This document shows, piece after piece, positions 36,440-44,526 of a DNA stretch of 64,000 bases. The stretch spans positions 5,120 through 69,119 of the forward strand of contig JBMOPB010000013.1 in assembly GCA_049325055.1 (NCBI GenBank), written 5' to 3'. The DNA is from Bacillota bacterium. Its GTDB lineage: Bacteria; Bacillota; Desulfotomaculia; Desulfotomaculales; Desulfocucumaceae. The notes below the pieces were generated by a model. The model saw only the letters and a list, made by a program, of their open reading frames with translations, was not told the origin of the DNA and did not search any database. Every line of letters starts with the position of its first letter. Within the stretch, counting starts at the first letter, position 1. A program made the position numbers and the translations under genes.

Positions 36440-38194
36440 ATGCGTACCTTGAGAAAGTCCCTGCTTACCGGATTCCTTGCAGTTCTCCTGACACTCTGCC
36501 TGGCTGCGGCGGCCTTCGCCGGTTCCGACGCGCCGGAGATACGGGGTGCACAGTCCCCTGATACGGTTTTGCAGCAGAGTGGTATCGTAAATGAGGCTGT
36601 TGACAAAGTTATCGATCCCGTGGCGGAATCTCCCTCAAGCGCATCTGCCGGTGAAGATCCAGGTGATAATAATGACGCTGAAAAAGGAGAAAAAGCTCCT
36701 TCTGACCAGGTTAAATTAGGACAGGCCCTCTCGGAACAGGGTCAACCCCTGCAGGGCGGAGCCATTGCCGCTGAAAGCCCCGTGCTGGGTGTAGAGTCCG
36801 TGGTGCTTACATCCGAAGAGGATCAGATGCTTAGCCTGGTAAACCGGGAGAGGGCAGCCAGCGGGCTTGCCCCGCTCAAATCGGACTCCTCCCTGGTAAA
36901 GCTGGCCAGGCTTAAAGCCCAGGACATGATTAACAACCGGTATTTTGATCACATTTCGCCCACTTACGGCAGTCCCTTTGAAATGATGAAAAAATTCGGC
37001 ATCAGCTATACTTATGCCGGCGAGAACCTGGCCATGGCTCCCTCTGTAGCCAGCGCGCACAAGGCTCTGATGGAGTCTCCGGGACACCGGGCAAATATAC
37101 TGAAAGAAAACTATGACCGCGTCGGAATAGGTATAGTTGTTACCGGCGGGTACAGGTACTGCGTGCAGATGTTCACCGGGGGCCAGCGGGAAATACCTTC
37201 ATCCGGGGGCGGCACGGGCGGATCTGGAGGGAACTCCACTCAGCCCCAGCCTTCCCAGCCGCCACAGGAGCCTTCTCAGCCGCAAACTCCCCCCGGTCAG
37301 CCAACTGACGGTTCAACCGGTCTTTCAGCCGAGGAATCGCTTTTTGTGGATCTGATTAATCAGGAGAGGGTCAAGGCCGGGCTGAACAAGCTGAACCCTG
37401 ACGCACAGCTATTTAAGGTAGCCAGGCTTAAAGCCCTGGATTTCGTCGAAAACAATTATTTTGCCCACACCTCGCTCATATACGGCACATACCGTGAAAT
37501 GCTGAGCAGGTTTGGCGTCAAATTCGTCAATGCAGGGGAGAACCTGGCGGCCTCCACATCGGCTGACAGGGCACATAAAGCTCTGATGGCTTCCTCCGGA
37601 AACAAGGCAAACATACTGAGCGCCAAATACCAGAGAATAGGTATAGGCATAGCTGTTAAAGGCAACTATAAGTATTTTGTGGAGATGTTTACCGACGGCG
37701 TAGTGCAAGAGCCTCCTGCCGGAGGGACTCCTCAGCCTCCCGCTCCCGATCCGCCCAAGCTGCCCGTGACCAACCCTGGCACCCAGCCGGGAAGCGGAAG
37801 CACCGCCGGGCTGACGGCCGATGAGCAGAGGATGCTTAGCCTGGTCAATTCCGAAAGGGCCAAGATGGGGCTCTCACCGCTCACTGCCAACCTGAGGCTG
37901 ACCGGGGTGGCCAGGCTGAAGGCCAAGGACATGATTGCAAACAACTATTTCAGCCATACCTCGCCCACTTACGGCAGCCCCTTTGAAATGATGAGACAGT
38001 TCGGGATTACTTACAGCTACGCGGGTGAAAACCTGGCGGGGGCTCCCACGGTGGACTCGGCCCACACCAACCTGATGAATTCGCCAGGACACCGCGCAAA
38101 CATACTTAACGCCAATTACAAAGAGGTCGGCATAGGCATAATCAACGGGGGGCCGTATGGAAAGATGTTCGTTCAGATGTTCATAGGCAGGTAA
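36440..38194 (+). CDS. Secreted protein with three CAP/SCP (YkwD-like) domains
   Basis: ORF 36326-38194. ATG 36440 follows AAAGGAG. Signal peptide ...LCLAAAAFAGS. Three copies of the ...NNYF.H.SP.YGS.FEMM..FG..Y.YAGENLA....A...LM.S.GHRANIL...Y..VGIGI... module, separated by P/Q/G-rich linkers. Confidence 0.8.
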   Translation: MRTLRKSLLTGFLAVLLTLCLAAAAFAGSDAPEIRGAQSPDTVLQQSGIVNEAVDKVIDPVAESPSSASAGEDPGDNNDAEKGEKAPSDQVKLGQALSEQGQPLQGGAIAAESPVLGVESVVLTSEEDQMLSLVNRERAASGLAPLKSDSSLVKLARLKAQDMINNRYFDHISPTYGSPFEMMKKFGISYTYAGENLAMAPSVASAHKALMESPGHRANILKENYDRVGIGIVVTGGYRYCVQMFTGGQREIPSSGGGTGGSGGNSTQPQPSQPPQEPSQPQTPPGQPTDGSTGLSAEESLFVDLINQERVKAGLNKLNPDAQLFKVARLKALDFVENNYFAHTSLIYGTYREMLSRFGVKFVNAGENLAASTSADRAHKALMASSGNKANILSAKYQRIGIGIAVKGNYKYFVEMFTDGVVQEPPAGGTPQPPAPDPPKLPVTNPGTQPGSGSTAGLTADEQRMLSLVNSERAKMGLSPLTANLRLTGVARLKAKDMIANNYFSHTSPTYGSPFEMMRQFGITYSYAGENLAGAPTVDSAHTNLMNSPGHRANILNANYKEVGIGIINGGPYGKMFVQMFIGR

Positions 38195-38197
38195 AAA

Positions 38198-38228
38198 TAG
38201 GGGAGGGTGAACCTCCCCTATTTATTTG
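38198..38228 (+). terminator. Rho-independent terminator after the CAP gene
   Basis: Stem TAGGGGAGG/CCTCCCCTA followed by TTTATTT. A second hairpin CACCCAT/ATGGGTG plus T-run lies at about 38254-38285. Confidence 0.7.
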
Positions 38229-38532
38229 TATGCAAAATATTCCTCTATTCGGTTAATGCACCCATTTATGGGTGTGTTTTTTGCTTTTGGAAACAAATTT
38301 TTTGTTTTCGATTCTGTTCCCGTTATTTTTAAAAAACTGAATAAATATATATAAGTGTGCAGTTTTTGTTAAAAAAGAATGATGCCTTACATGCTTTACC
38401 CGGTAATGAAAGGAGGGTAAGTTAGTTCTTTTTGATATGGCCTCCGGGTCGTTATTGCACATTTCAGGGGGCTTTTCATATATATATATAGAACGGCTAT
38501 ATATAGACCAGCCTTGAAAGGAGGAAGAACGA

Positions 38533-40119
38533 ATGGTTGGAACCGTAGCACCGGGCACAGAAAGGCTTCGGGTTAATCAGGTAATCAGTGAAAATACAAC
38601 CCAGACGGTTGTGCGGGGAACAGTCACAGTACCGGACCCCAAGCCGGATGTTGAAAAAATCTTGTCGACGGACAAATCTGTAAAGGTAAAAAATGTACAA
38701 ATTGTGCCTGACAAGGTTATTGTAAATGGCACTCTGACCCTGCAAATTGTCTATGTTGCCTTTGAGCCGGCACAGTCAGTGCACCATATGCACCAGCAAA
38801 TCAATTTCACCACCTTTGTGGATGTACCGGGCGCGCTTCCGGGAATGAAGGTTGACGTCGACGTAACGGTGGAAGACATCAGTGTGGTCCGCCAAACCGG
38901 GCATCCCAGGAATTTTGACGTCACTGCCGTTCTGGAGGTTTCAGCAAAGGTCAGCGATGTCATGGACATTGACGTGGTTACCCAGTGCCCCGAGGGATGT
39001 ACTTGCGAAACAGAGGAAGTCACTGTGGATCAACTGGTGGGCAGCAACAGAAGGCAGGTTATGATAAGTGACGAATTCGACGTCCCGGAACAGAAGCCCC
39101 CGGTGGAAAAAGTGCTTGACGCCGATGTGAAGGTAGAAATTACAAACACCAAGGTACTTAAGAATAAGGTTATTGTGGACGGCACCGCCACGGTCACTGT
39201 GACCTATGTCGGAGCGCTTCCGGATCAGCCGGTACATAGCTTGCACCGTACTTTCAAGTTCAGCGATTTTGTGGATGTTCCCGGCGCCCAGCAGGGAATG
39301 GACGTGAATTTCGACATCAGGGTTGAGAGCGTCGATGTGGATACGGCAAATGCCAAATGCGACCGCCTGAGGGTAGATATGGTGCTGGGGCTCACGGCCA
39401 ATGTGGTGGAGCCTGAAACCATAAGGGTCATTACCGAACTGAGCAACTGTCCCAATGTCAGCCCGACCTTTACCGAGCTGAGGGTTGACAGCCTTATTGG
39501 GGAAAACACGAGCCAGCTGGTGCTCAAGGATACTTTTGAAACCCCGGATCCCAAGCCCGACGTGGAAAAAATACTGGACACCACCGTCGATAAGGTTACC
39601 GTAACCGAGACCAAAATTCTTAAAGATAAGGTCATTGTAAGCGGTAAAGTGGATGTACAGATCGTTTACGTTGCAGCAGAGCCCGACCAGTCAGTTCACG
39701 CCATGCACAGGACCCTGCCCTTCCGTACCTTTGTGGAGGTGATGGGGGCAAGGGAGGGCGCCGATGTTGACATTGACGCCAGGGCGGAGTTTGCCACGGC
39801 AAGCGCCAAGGGCTGCGAGATAACTGTCGAAGTAGTCCTCAAGGTCACAGCAAAAGTAACCAGGACCCTGGAAATAGAGGTGCTCACTTCGGTTACTCCG
39901 GTGGCTCCCCCCACCACGGTATCTCCGGTCACCACCACACCGTGTCCTCCGGGCTCAACATTTGAATATGTCGTTAAACAGGGCGATACTCTTTACAGCA
40001 TCGGAAGAAAGTATGGAGTATCGCTTAATGAAATGAAGGCGGTAAATCCCCAGCTCCCGGATCCCAACAACATTAAACCGGGAATGGTGATAAATGTTCC
40101 CTGTGTTCCCAAAGGGTAA
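38533..40119 (+). CDS. SPOCS (DUF3794) x3 - LysM protein (SipL/SpoVID-like architecture)
   Basis: 528 aa. Three ~150 aa repeats, each with PDPKPDVEKIL...V.DKVIV.G.....IVYVA..P.QSVH.MH....F..FV.V.GA. P/T linker. C-terminal LysM (YVVKQGDTLYSIGRKYGVSLNEMKAVNP). Confidence 0.75.
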   Translation: MVGTVAPGTERLRVNQVISENTTQTVVRGTVTVPDPKPDVEKILSTDKSVKVKNVQIVPDKVIVNGTLTLQIVYVAFEPAQSVHHMHQQINFTTFVDVPGALPGMKVDVDVTVEDISVVRQTGHPRNFDVTAVLEVSAKVSDVMDIDVVTQCPEGCTCETEEVTVDQLVGSNRRQVMISDEFDVPEQKPPVEKVLDADVKVEITNTKVLKNKVIVDGTATVTVTYVGALPDQPVHSLHRTFKFSDFVDVPGAQQGMDVNFDIRVESVDVDTANAKCDRLRVDMVLGLTANVVEPETIRVITELSNCPNVSPTFTELRVDSLIGENTSQLVLKDTFETPDPKPDVEKILDTTVDKVTVTETKILKDKVIVSGKVDVQIVYVAAEPDQSVHAMHRTLPFRTFVEVMGAREGADVDIDARAEFATASAKGCEITVEVVLKVTAKVTRTLEIEVLTSVTPVAPPTTVSPVTTTPCPPGSTFEYVVKQGDTLYSIGRKYGVSLNEMKAVNPQLPDPNNIKPGMVINVPCVPKG

Positions 40120-40145
40120 TAAAGTTTTAAAAAGGAGGTTCAAGC

Positions 40146-41219
40146 ATGCCTATTGAATTCTTTTTCGATGAACCGACCCGGGTCAAATGCATGAAGATCA
40201 AGGTGCCGGTGGTAATAGCCGAATCGGAGACTCAGGTAGTGGTGGACACCACCTTTTGCCTGCCCGAGCTGGCCAAAAAAGTCGACCACATTGACGTAAT
40301 GGTTCAGGGGCTGGAGGCCGATCCGGTCTTTGTACACGAGAGCGAGTCGACGTGGAATATAAGCATGTCCAAAAAGTGGCCACACCAGTTTGAATCCGTT
40401 GTTGCCGGCAGGGCCTTTGTGAAAAAGGTTATCGTGCACGGCATTCTGCACAAGCAGATTTACTATGTGAACCAGGAAGACGCAGTCAAGCACGTTGGTG
40501 AGGATATACCCTTCACCAAAACCATTGAGCTTGCCGAGCCTGAGCCGGTAATAGACGTGGATGACGTGGAAATCCAGTTCCACGGCAGCAAGGCCGATGT
40601 CACCTGGGACCTGGTGCGGGCCAGCCGCCTGCAGCAGACCGGGGTTATAATAGTAAAAACCAAGGTTGTGGAGCACCGCCAGATATTTGTGCAGGTATGC
40701 CCGGTTCCGGAAAAATGCCCCAAGGGCGTCAACATACTGCGCGACCCCAGCTTCGAGCAGTGGGTGGGTAATACCCCTCTTATCTGGGGAGCCACCAATG
40801 TGTTCAGGACTACGGGCAGGACCAACGGATTTGCGGCCGGCCTGGGGCTTGATCCCACACTTCCCGCGGCTGTTTTCCAGACCACCAACAGAGTGGTCCC
40901 GGGTAACATGTACCGCTTCTGCTTCTGGGCCCAGCGGCTTCAGATACTGCCGCCCAACTGCGACTTCACGCTTGAGGCCCAGGTCAGCTTCTTTGATGCC
41001 GAAAGCAACCTGATAGACTCCCAGACAGAGTCCTGGGACGACACTCAGGTTCCGACCAACTGGAGGCAATTGTGTCTGGATGTGGGGCCGGTTCAGGAAG
41101 ATGTTTCCTATGCGCTGGTGCGCATCGCCATGCACGTGCCCGTCGGCGTAACCCCGCCCAACAACTGCCAGGTGGCAGTGGACGATGCCAGCCTGATTTG
41201 TGTGACCAGCACCAGGTAG
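40146..41219 (+). CDS. SPOCS (DUF3794)-like N-domain fused to a jelly-roll / CBM4_9-like C-domain
   Basis: 357 aa, 26 nt after the previous gene. The N-half repeats the ..VD.IDV....KVIVHG.L.KQIYYV... pattern. The C-half begins NILRDPSFEQW, typical of carbohydrate-binding jelly-roll modules. Confidence 0.6.
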   Translation: MPIEFFFDEPTRVKCMKIKVPVVIAESETQVVVDTTFCLPELAKKVDHIDVMVQGLEADPVFVHESESTWNISMSKKWPHQFESVVAGRAFVKKVIVHGILHKQIYYVNQEDAVKHVGEDIPFTKTIELAEPEPVIDVDDVEIQFHGSKADVTWDLVRASRLQQTGVIIVKTKVVEHRQIFVQVCPVPEKCPKGVNILRDPSFEQWVGNTPLIWGATNVFRTTGRTNGFAAGLGLDPTLPAAVFQTTNRVVPGNMYRFCFWAQRLQILPPNCDFTLEAQVSFFDAESNLIDSQTESWDDTQVPTNWRQLCLDVGPVQEDVSYALVRIAMHVPVGVTPPNNCQVAVDDASLICVTSTR

Positions 41220-41244
41220 AAGAAGTGAAAAATCTGTGAAAGGG

Positions 41245-41277
41245 AGCTGTTTCTTTGCGGAACAGCTTCTTTTTTTA
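41245..41277 (+). terminator. Rho-independent terminator after the SPOCS operon
   Basis: Stem AGCTGTT/AACAGCT followed by a T-rich tract (TCTTTTTTT). Confidence 0.65.
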
Positions 41278-41362
41278 ATTTAACACCTTTAATTTGAAAG
41301 TGGCATTAAGGGCTTTAAGGGCATATATATTAAAAATGTCTATATTCGGAGGGGGATTGATT

Positions 41363-41791
41363 GTGTCTGGGGAAGAGGCGAGATTTGCCGGTATGGAAGA
41401 AACCCTGTTTGAGCTTTTGAAGGCCGGCGGGGCAGGGAATATCGAACAGGGCAATCTGTTGATTTTGCTTAGCCTGGTCAACCTGATGGGAATTATCAAT
41501 ATCATCAGCTACAGGGCCGGAATTAAAAATTTCCCGCTGGAAATGAATTATGATCAAAAGGATGGGGAGGGGCGGCCTGAAGAATCGGCGGAAAAGCCCG
41601 GAATGAGGGGGCTGGCTGTTGACCCTGCCGCCCTTTTATCAATACTGGGTGGAAAGGGCGGGCCCAATCCGGGACAACTGGCCGGACTTCTGAGCCACCT
41701 TATGGGTCCTCCGTCCGGGCAAGCTCAGGGGAAGGCTTCCGAAGAAGCCGGGGAAGACCCGGATCCAATTGAAAGAAGTAAGCCAAAATAA
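41363..41791 (+). CDS. Small G/P-rich protein, paralog A (SLVNLMGI + PAALLSILG motifs)
   Basis: ORF 41294-41791. GTG 41363 lies 5-6 nt after GGAGGGGGA. It aligns residue-for-residue at the N-terminus with the 42309 protein. Confidence 0.6.
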   Translation: MSGEEARFAGMEETLFELLKAGGAGNIEQGNLLILLSLVNLMGIINIISYRAGIKNFPLEMNYDQKDGEGRPEESAEKPGMRGLAVDPAALLSILGGKGGPNPGQLAGLLSHLMGPPSGQAQGKASEEAGEDPDPIERSKPK

Positions 41792-41888
41792 AAGGAGTAA
41801 ACTCCGAACTAAAAAGCGGGTGGGGATGGGGTGAAGTTTGGGATTTAAAGACCTTGCCTGTACTTCACCCCGAAGGCCGATTGTTTTT

Positions 41889-42197
41889 TTATTTGTTTTC
41901 CTCAGCAGGTGCTTTCGGTTCTTTTTCCGGCATTTCGTATTGTGCATCGGTCTGTGCCGGAGCCTCCTTGACTGGCAGGGGGGACGCGGCATACTTGGGA
42001 TCAACCGGTTGGGGCGCCATTTTCATAATGCCGGCCTGAAAGGTTTCCACGCTGCTTCTCATTGCCTGCATGGCTTCCTTGGTTGACTGTATGAGCCTGA
42101 TAATATCGTCCAGTGTTTTATCAACATTCTCTCCAGGGCCGGAAAGGGCTAACAGCACAGGGAGCAGGGCTGGATGGGGGATGAATTGTTCCGGCAA
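41889..42197 (-). CDS. Small protein with N-terminal PALLPVLLALSG motif and Pro/Lys/Glu-rich tail
   Basis: ORF 41889-42221. TTG 42197 lies 8 nt after GGAGG. Diverges from paralog B. Confidence 0.5.
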   Translation of the reverse strand: MPEQFIPHPALLPVLLALSGPGENVDKTLDDIIRLIQSTKEAMQAMRSSVETFQAGIMKMAPQPVDPKYAASPLPVKEAPAQTDAQYEMPEKEPKAPAEENK

Positions 42198-42308
42198 TTT
42201 ATTGACCTCCTTAATAAACAAATAGAGATTATATGGCTAATTCCATCTTATGGGGTGAAGGTAAAATTTGTTACCGGAAATTGCCTGAAACCCTAAGGGG
42301 GGTATTAT

Positions 42309-42821
42309 ATGTCTGTAGAAACAACAGGTGGTTCCAACCTGGAAGGTGTTTTGTTCCGCCTTATGGACTATCAGTCCAGGGAAGACACGGACAAAGTCGA
42401 TACCATGATCATGGCAAGCCTTGTCAATTTGCTGGGGATTGTAAGCGTTATGAACAAGATGTCTCTGGTGGGCGCCCCGGTTTCCAGAAACAGGTCCGAA
42501 GACCCGGTAATTATGACATTGCTGCAGATGCTGGCCCAGGGGCAGGGCCAGCATCCGGGAGCCCCCGGCGGCGCTCCCGGAATCAACCCTGCCCTTTTGT
42601 TAAGCCTTCTGGGATCCAGGGGGCAGAGGCCGGAAAACGCCCTTTTGCTAAGCTTGCTGAGCAGCATGATGCAGCCTCCTCCCGGCCCGCCGCACCAGCC
42701 GGAAAATCAAAGGCAGGAGACTCAAACCCGGCCGGCTGGTAATGAAAGAACACCGGAAAGCGCCCCCAGGGAAACCAGAAAGATAGGGGGCCACCTCTCC
42801 TGGGACCGGCGGCTGGGCTAG
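42309..42821 (+). CDS. Small G/P-rich protein, paralog B (SLVNLLGI + PALLLSLLG motifs)
   Basis: 170 aa. Shares LF.L(L/M)-N15-(I/M)(L/M).SLVNL(M/L)GI and PA(A/L)LLS(I/L)LG..G..P....LLS.(L/M)M.PP.G with paralog A. Confidence 0.6.
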   Translation: MSVETTGGSNLEGVLFRLMDYQSREDTDKVDTMIMASLVNLLGIVSVMNKMSLVGAPVSRNRSEDPVIMTLLQMLAQGQGQHPGAPGGAPGINPALLLSLLGSRGQRPENALLLSLLSSMMQPPPGPPHQPENQRQETQTRPAGNERTPESAPRETRKIGGHLSWDRRLG

Positions 42822-42894
42822 TCCGAGTTCCCGTACTCTTTAAAAATGGCTGTAGACTTTATTAAACCACAGAGATCACAGAGAATTATTTTCC

Positions 42895-42927
42895 ATTCTG
42901 GATTCTGGCTTCCGGATTCTGTATTCC
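42895..42927. repeat. AGAATYC-type heptad repeat arm
   Basis: ATTCTGG ATTCTGG CTTCCGG ATTCTGT ATTCC. 29/33 identical to 12496-12528. Confidence 0.7.
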
Positions 42928-43012
42928 GACCTGTAAATCCCGCCACCTGAGGCTGATGTATATTACATTGCCGCAGTGGCATAAAATACCCCCATAGCAT
43001 GGGGGTGATTTT

Positions 43013-43234
43013 TTGAGTCAGACGGTGAGGACCTCTTTTAAGGTGGGAGGCTTAAATAGCGAGGATGGCCGCAAGGAGATCGAGCACAACCTTATTCAGA
43101 TTGACGGGGTTCAAAACGTGGCTGTCTTAATGCCGGAAAGCACAGTCAGCATAGAGTTTGATCCGGGAGTGATAAGGGAGGAATACTTAAAGAGAATACT
43201 TAATTCGCTCGGCTATTCCCCGTACGTCTTTTAA
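43013..43234 (+). CDS. HMA (heavy-metal-associated)-like ferredoxin-fold protein lacking the CxxC motif
   Basis: 73 aa, TTG start after GGGGGTGA. The pattern F.V.G(L)..xxx...IE..L..I.GV..V.V......V.I.F.. matches HMA topology, but the metal-binding cysteines are replaced by NSED. Confidence 0.5.
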   Translation: MSQTVRTSFKVGGLNSEDGRKEIEHNLIQIDGVQNVAVLMPESTVSIEFDPGVIREEYLKRILNSLGYSPYVF

Positions 43235-43284
43235 AAAGGCGGGTAGGATTTTGGCTAAAAAACTGCGGTATGAAAGGAGATCCG

Positions 43285-43731
43285 ATGACTGCCCGACTGA
43301 TGGCCTTAATTATCGCAGCCCTTTCGGGAGTTACCATGGCCTTCCAGGGCACCTTAAACTCGGCGCTCAGCAAGGTTATAGGGCTCCTGGAGGCAACCTT
43401 CGTGGTTCACTTGGTGGGCTTGGTATTTGTTTCACTGCTTCTTTTCGTATTTAAACTGGGTGAGGGCAAACTGACTTTGATAAGCCAGGCTCCCATCTAT
43501 ACATATCTGGGAGGAATACTGGGGGTAATTATCACCTACGGGGTAATACGCAGCATTCCCAAAGTCGGCGTCGCCCCGGCCACAACGGCAATAATACTGG
43601 GTCAGGTGCTGACCGCCGGGATCATTGACCATTTTGGACTTTTTGGTATGGACAGACTGTGCTTTAATTGGTACAGGGTGGGAGGAACGCTTCTGATGGC
43701 GTGCGGCGCCTGGCTTTTGCTGCGCAGGTGA
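43285..43731 (+). CDS. DMT-superfamily small membrane protein (DUF606/YdcZ-like)
   Basis: ORF 43270-43731. ATG 43285 after AAGGAG. About 5 TM segments. QGTLNSALS and ILGQVLTAGIIDHFGLFG motifs are typical of DUF606. Confidence 0.65.
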   Translation: MTARLMALIIAALSGVTMAFQGTLNSALSKVIGLLEATFVVHLVGLVFVSLLLFVFKLGEGKLTLISQAPIYTYLGGILGVIITYGVIRSIPKVGVAPATTAIILGQVLTAGIIDHFGLFGMDRLCFNWYRVGGTLLMACGAWLLLRR

Positions 43732-43755
43732 CATGCAAGACTGGAATTGCTGGTC

Positions 43756-43820
43756 GGAATCCAGAATTCAGAATTTACTTTGCATGCCGGCTATAAACTA
43801 TACTGGATTCTGGCTCCTGA
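43756..43820. repeat. AGAATYC-type heptad inverted repeat (three-unit arms)
   Basis: GGAATCC AGAATTC AGAATTT ... ATACTGG ATTCTGG CTCCTGA. CCAGAAT/ATTCTGG are complementary. Confidence 0.6.
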
Positions 43821-43836
43821 CCGGAAAGATTTTCCT

Positions 43837-44463
43837 TTAAGGTATTAAAAGCACTTGTCCGACGTACAGTATGTCCGGATTGGAAAGGTTATTCACCCTT
43901 GCGATCAAATCCACCGGGACCCCGTATGCCTGGGATATCTTCCAGAGAGTTTCCCCCTTTTTAACTACGTGTTTTTTCCCGTCTCCCGTATGCGAAGGCT
44001 TTCCGGGGGTGAATCCGGGGTTGTCGCCGTCGGTTATAGTCACCGGCGTACCTATATTGACTTTGGGAAAAAGATCTTCCACATCGGAGTTATACATCCG
44101 GATGCAGCCGTTGGAAATATACTTTCCTATGGAAGAGGGGTTGTTTGTGCCATGTATTCCATAGCTTCCGTTTGGGATGCTGAGCCCCATCCAGCGTGTT
44201 CCCAGCACGCCCCCGGGGTTTACAATTTTATTGACAACCCTGTAGGATCCTGCGGGTGTTGGAGTTGAGTGTTTGCCCACCGCCACCGGATATGTTTTTA
44301 ACAGGTTTGTCCCGGAATAATATTGAAGCTTTCGGGCCGACCTTACTATCACCAGCCTGGTTCCGGCTTCAGGCGTAAAAGTGTTTTCCGGCAATGTTAT
44401 CACCTCTCGAATGAACTTTTCAATTAATCTATTAATCCCGGGGGAAAGGTGTGAAAAGTTCAC
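43837..44463 (-). CDS. L,D-transpeptidase (YkuD domain) with C-terminal LysM
   Basis: 208 aa. Catalytic motif HGT..PSSIGKYISNGCIRM. C-terminal LysM (HVVKKGETLWKISQAYGVPVDLIARVNNL). GTG start uncertain. Confidence 0.85.
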   Translation of the reverse strand: MNFSHLSPGINRLIEKFIREVITLPENTFTPEAGTRLVIVRSARKLQYYSGTNLLKTYPVAVGKHSTPTPAGSYRVVNKIVNPGGVLGTRWMGLSIPNGSYGIHGTNNPSSIGKYISNGCIRMYNSDVEDLFPKVNIGTPVTITDGDNPGFTPGKPSHTGDGKKHVVKKGETLWKISQAYGVPVDLIARVNNLSNPDILYVGQVLLIP

Positions 44464-44486
44464 TCATAAGATGAGGTGAGGCTAAT

Positions 44487-44516
44487 TAAAAAGGGACGTC
44501 TTTATAAGGACGTCCC
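44487..44516 (-). terminator. Rho-independent terminator of the DUF1540 gene
   Basis: Minus-strand hairpin GGGACGTC/GACGTCCC followed by TTTTT. Confidence 0.65.
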
Positions 44517-44526
44517 GCCGGCCAAT

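Noticed and set aside
40140-41135. 331-aa ORF on the minus strand, the longest unassigned ORF in the window
   Set aside because: It lies entirely antisense to the SPOCS-jelly-roll gene (40146-41219). Its composition is Gly/Arg/His/Pro-rich and it has no motif or RBS. It is a shadow ORF of a GC-biased coding strand.
42233-42742. 169-aa + strand ORF overlapping paralog B in another frame
   Set aside because: The 42309 frame is supported by paralogy with 41363-41791. This frame is Arg/Gly/Pro-rich and has no such support.
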